Shown here in pieces: positions 63,919 through 64,000 of a stretch of DNA of 64,000 nt. Source of the stretch: Promethearchaeota archaeon (GTDB lineage Archaea; Asgardarchaeota; Lokiarchaeia; Sigyniarchaeales; SOKP01); assembly GCA_029838195.1 (NCBI GenBank), contig JALGVJ010000018.1, positions 1 to 64,000 of the forward strand, read 5' to 3'. The position numbers and the translations under genes are program-made. Position 1 is the first letter of the stretch. Every line of letters begins with the position of its first letter. A model generated the notes under the pieces. The model made no database searches, was not told the origin of the DNA, and saw only the letters and a program-made list of their open reading frames with translations.

Positions 63919-64000
63919 ATGGTGTTAGATGTTCAAGGACATTGGTTTATAGATCAAAAGGGAAGGAAAGTTCTTTTAAGAGGGGTAAATTTAGGCGGCA
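63919..64000 (+). CDS. 5' end of a probable GH5 glycoside hydrolase (runs off the window)
   Basis: MVLDVQGHWFIDQKGRKVLLRGVNLGG matches the typical GH5/endoglycoceramidase N-terminus. Confidence 0.7.
   Translation, partial: MVLDVQGHWFIDQKGRKVLLRGVNLGG

Overview
AT-rich archaeal chromosomal segment, most likely from an Asgard archaeon of the Lokiarchaeia type. The assignment is inferred from a gelsolin-domain protein, a Rab-like small GTPase, an EF-2 paralog lacking the diphthamide motif, ITPK1-like ATP-grasp genes beside inositol-3-phosphate synthase, and tRNAs with BHB introns. Housekeeping content includes a nine-gene A/V-type ATP synthase operon in a non-canonical order, psmB, aCPSF1, purN, hisA, pncA, two PPIases and two intron-containing tRNAs. 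The most interesting elements are: (1) a ~15 kb inositol/inositol-phosphate island (ino1, four ITPK1-like kinases, a glycosidase/dehydrogenase/MFS/sensor-kinase module, and phosphatases); (2) a tRNA-Gly(CCC) with a BHB intron in the D-loop at position 15/16; (3) a 786-aa protein fusing an AN1-like Zn finger, UFL1/DDRGK-like tandem winged helices and an adaptin/BBSome-ear-like C-terminus; (4) an IFT52/GIFT-like protein; (5) probable non-AUG starts, one of them behind an in-frame UGA; and (6) two pseudogenes with visible lesions. No CRISPR array, transposase or integrase was seen. All family calls come from recognising motifs by eye, not from database searches.
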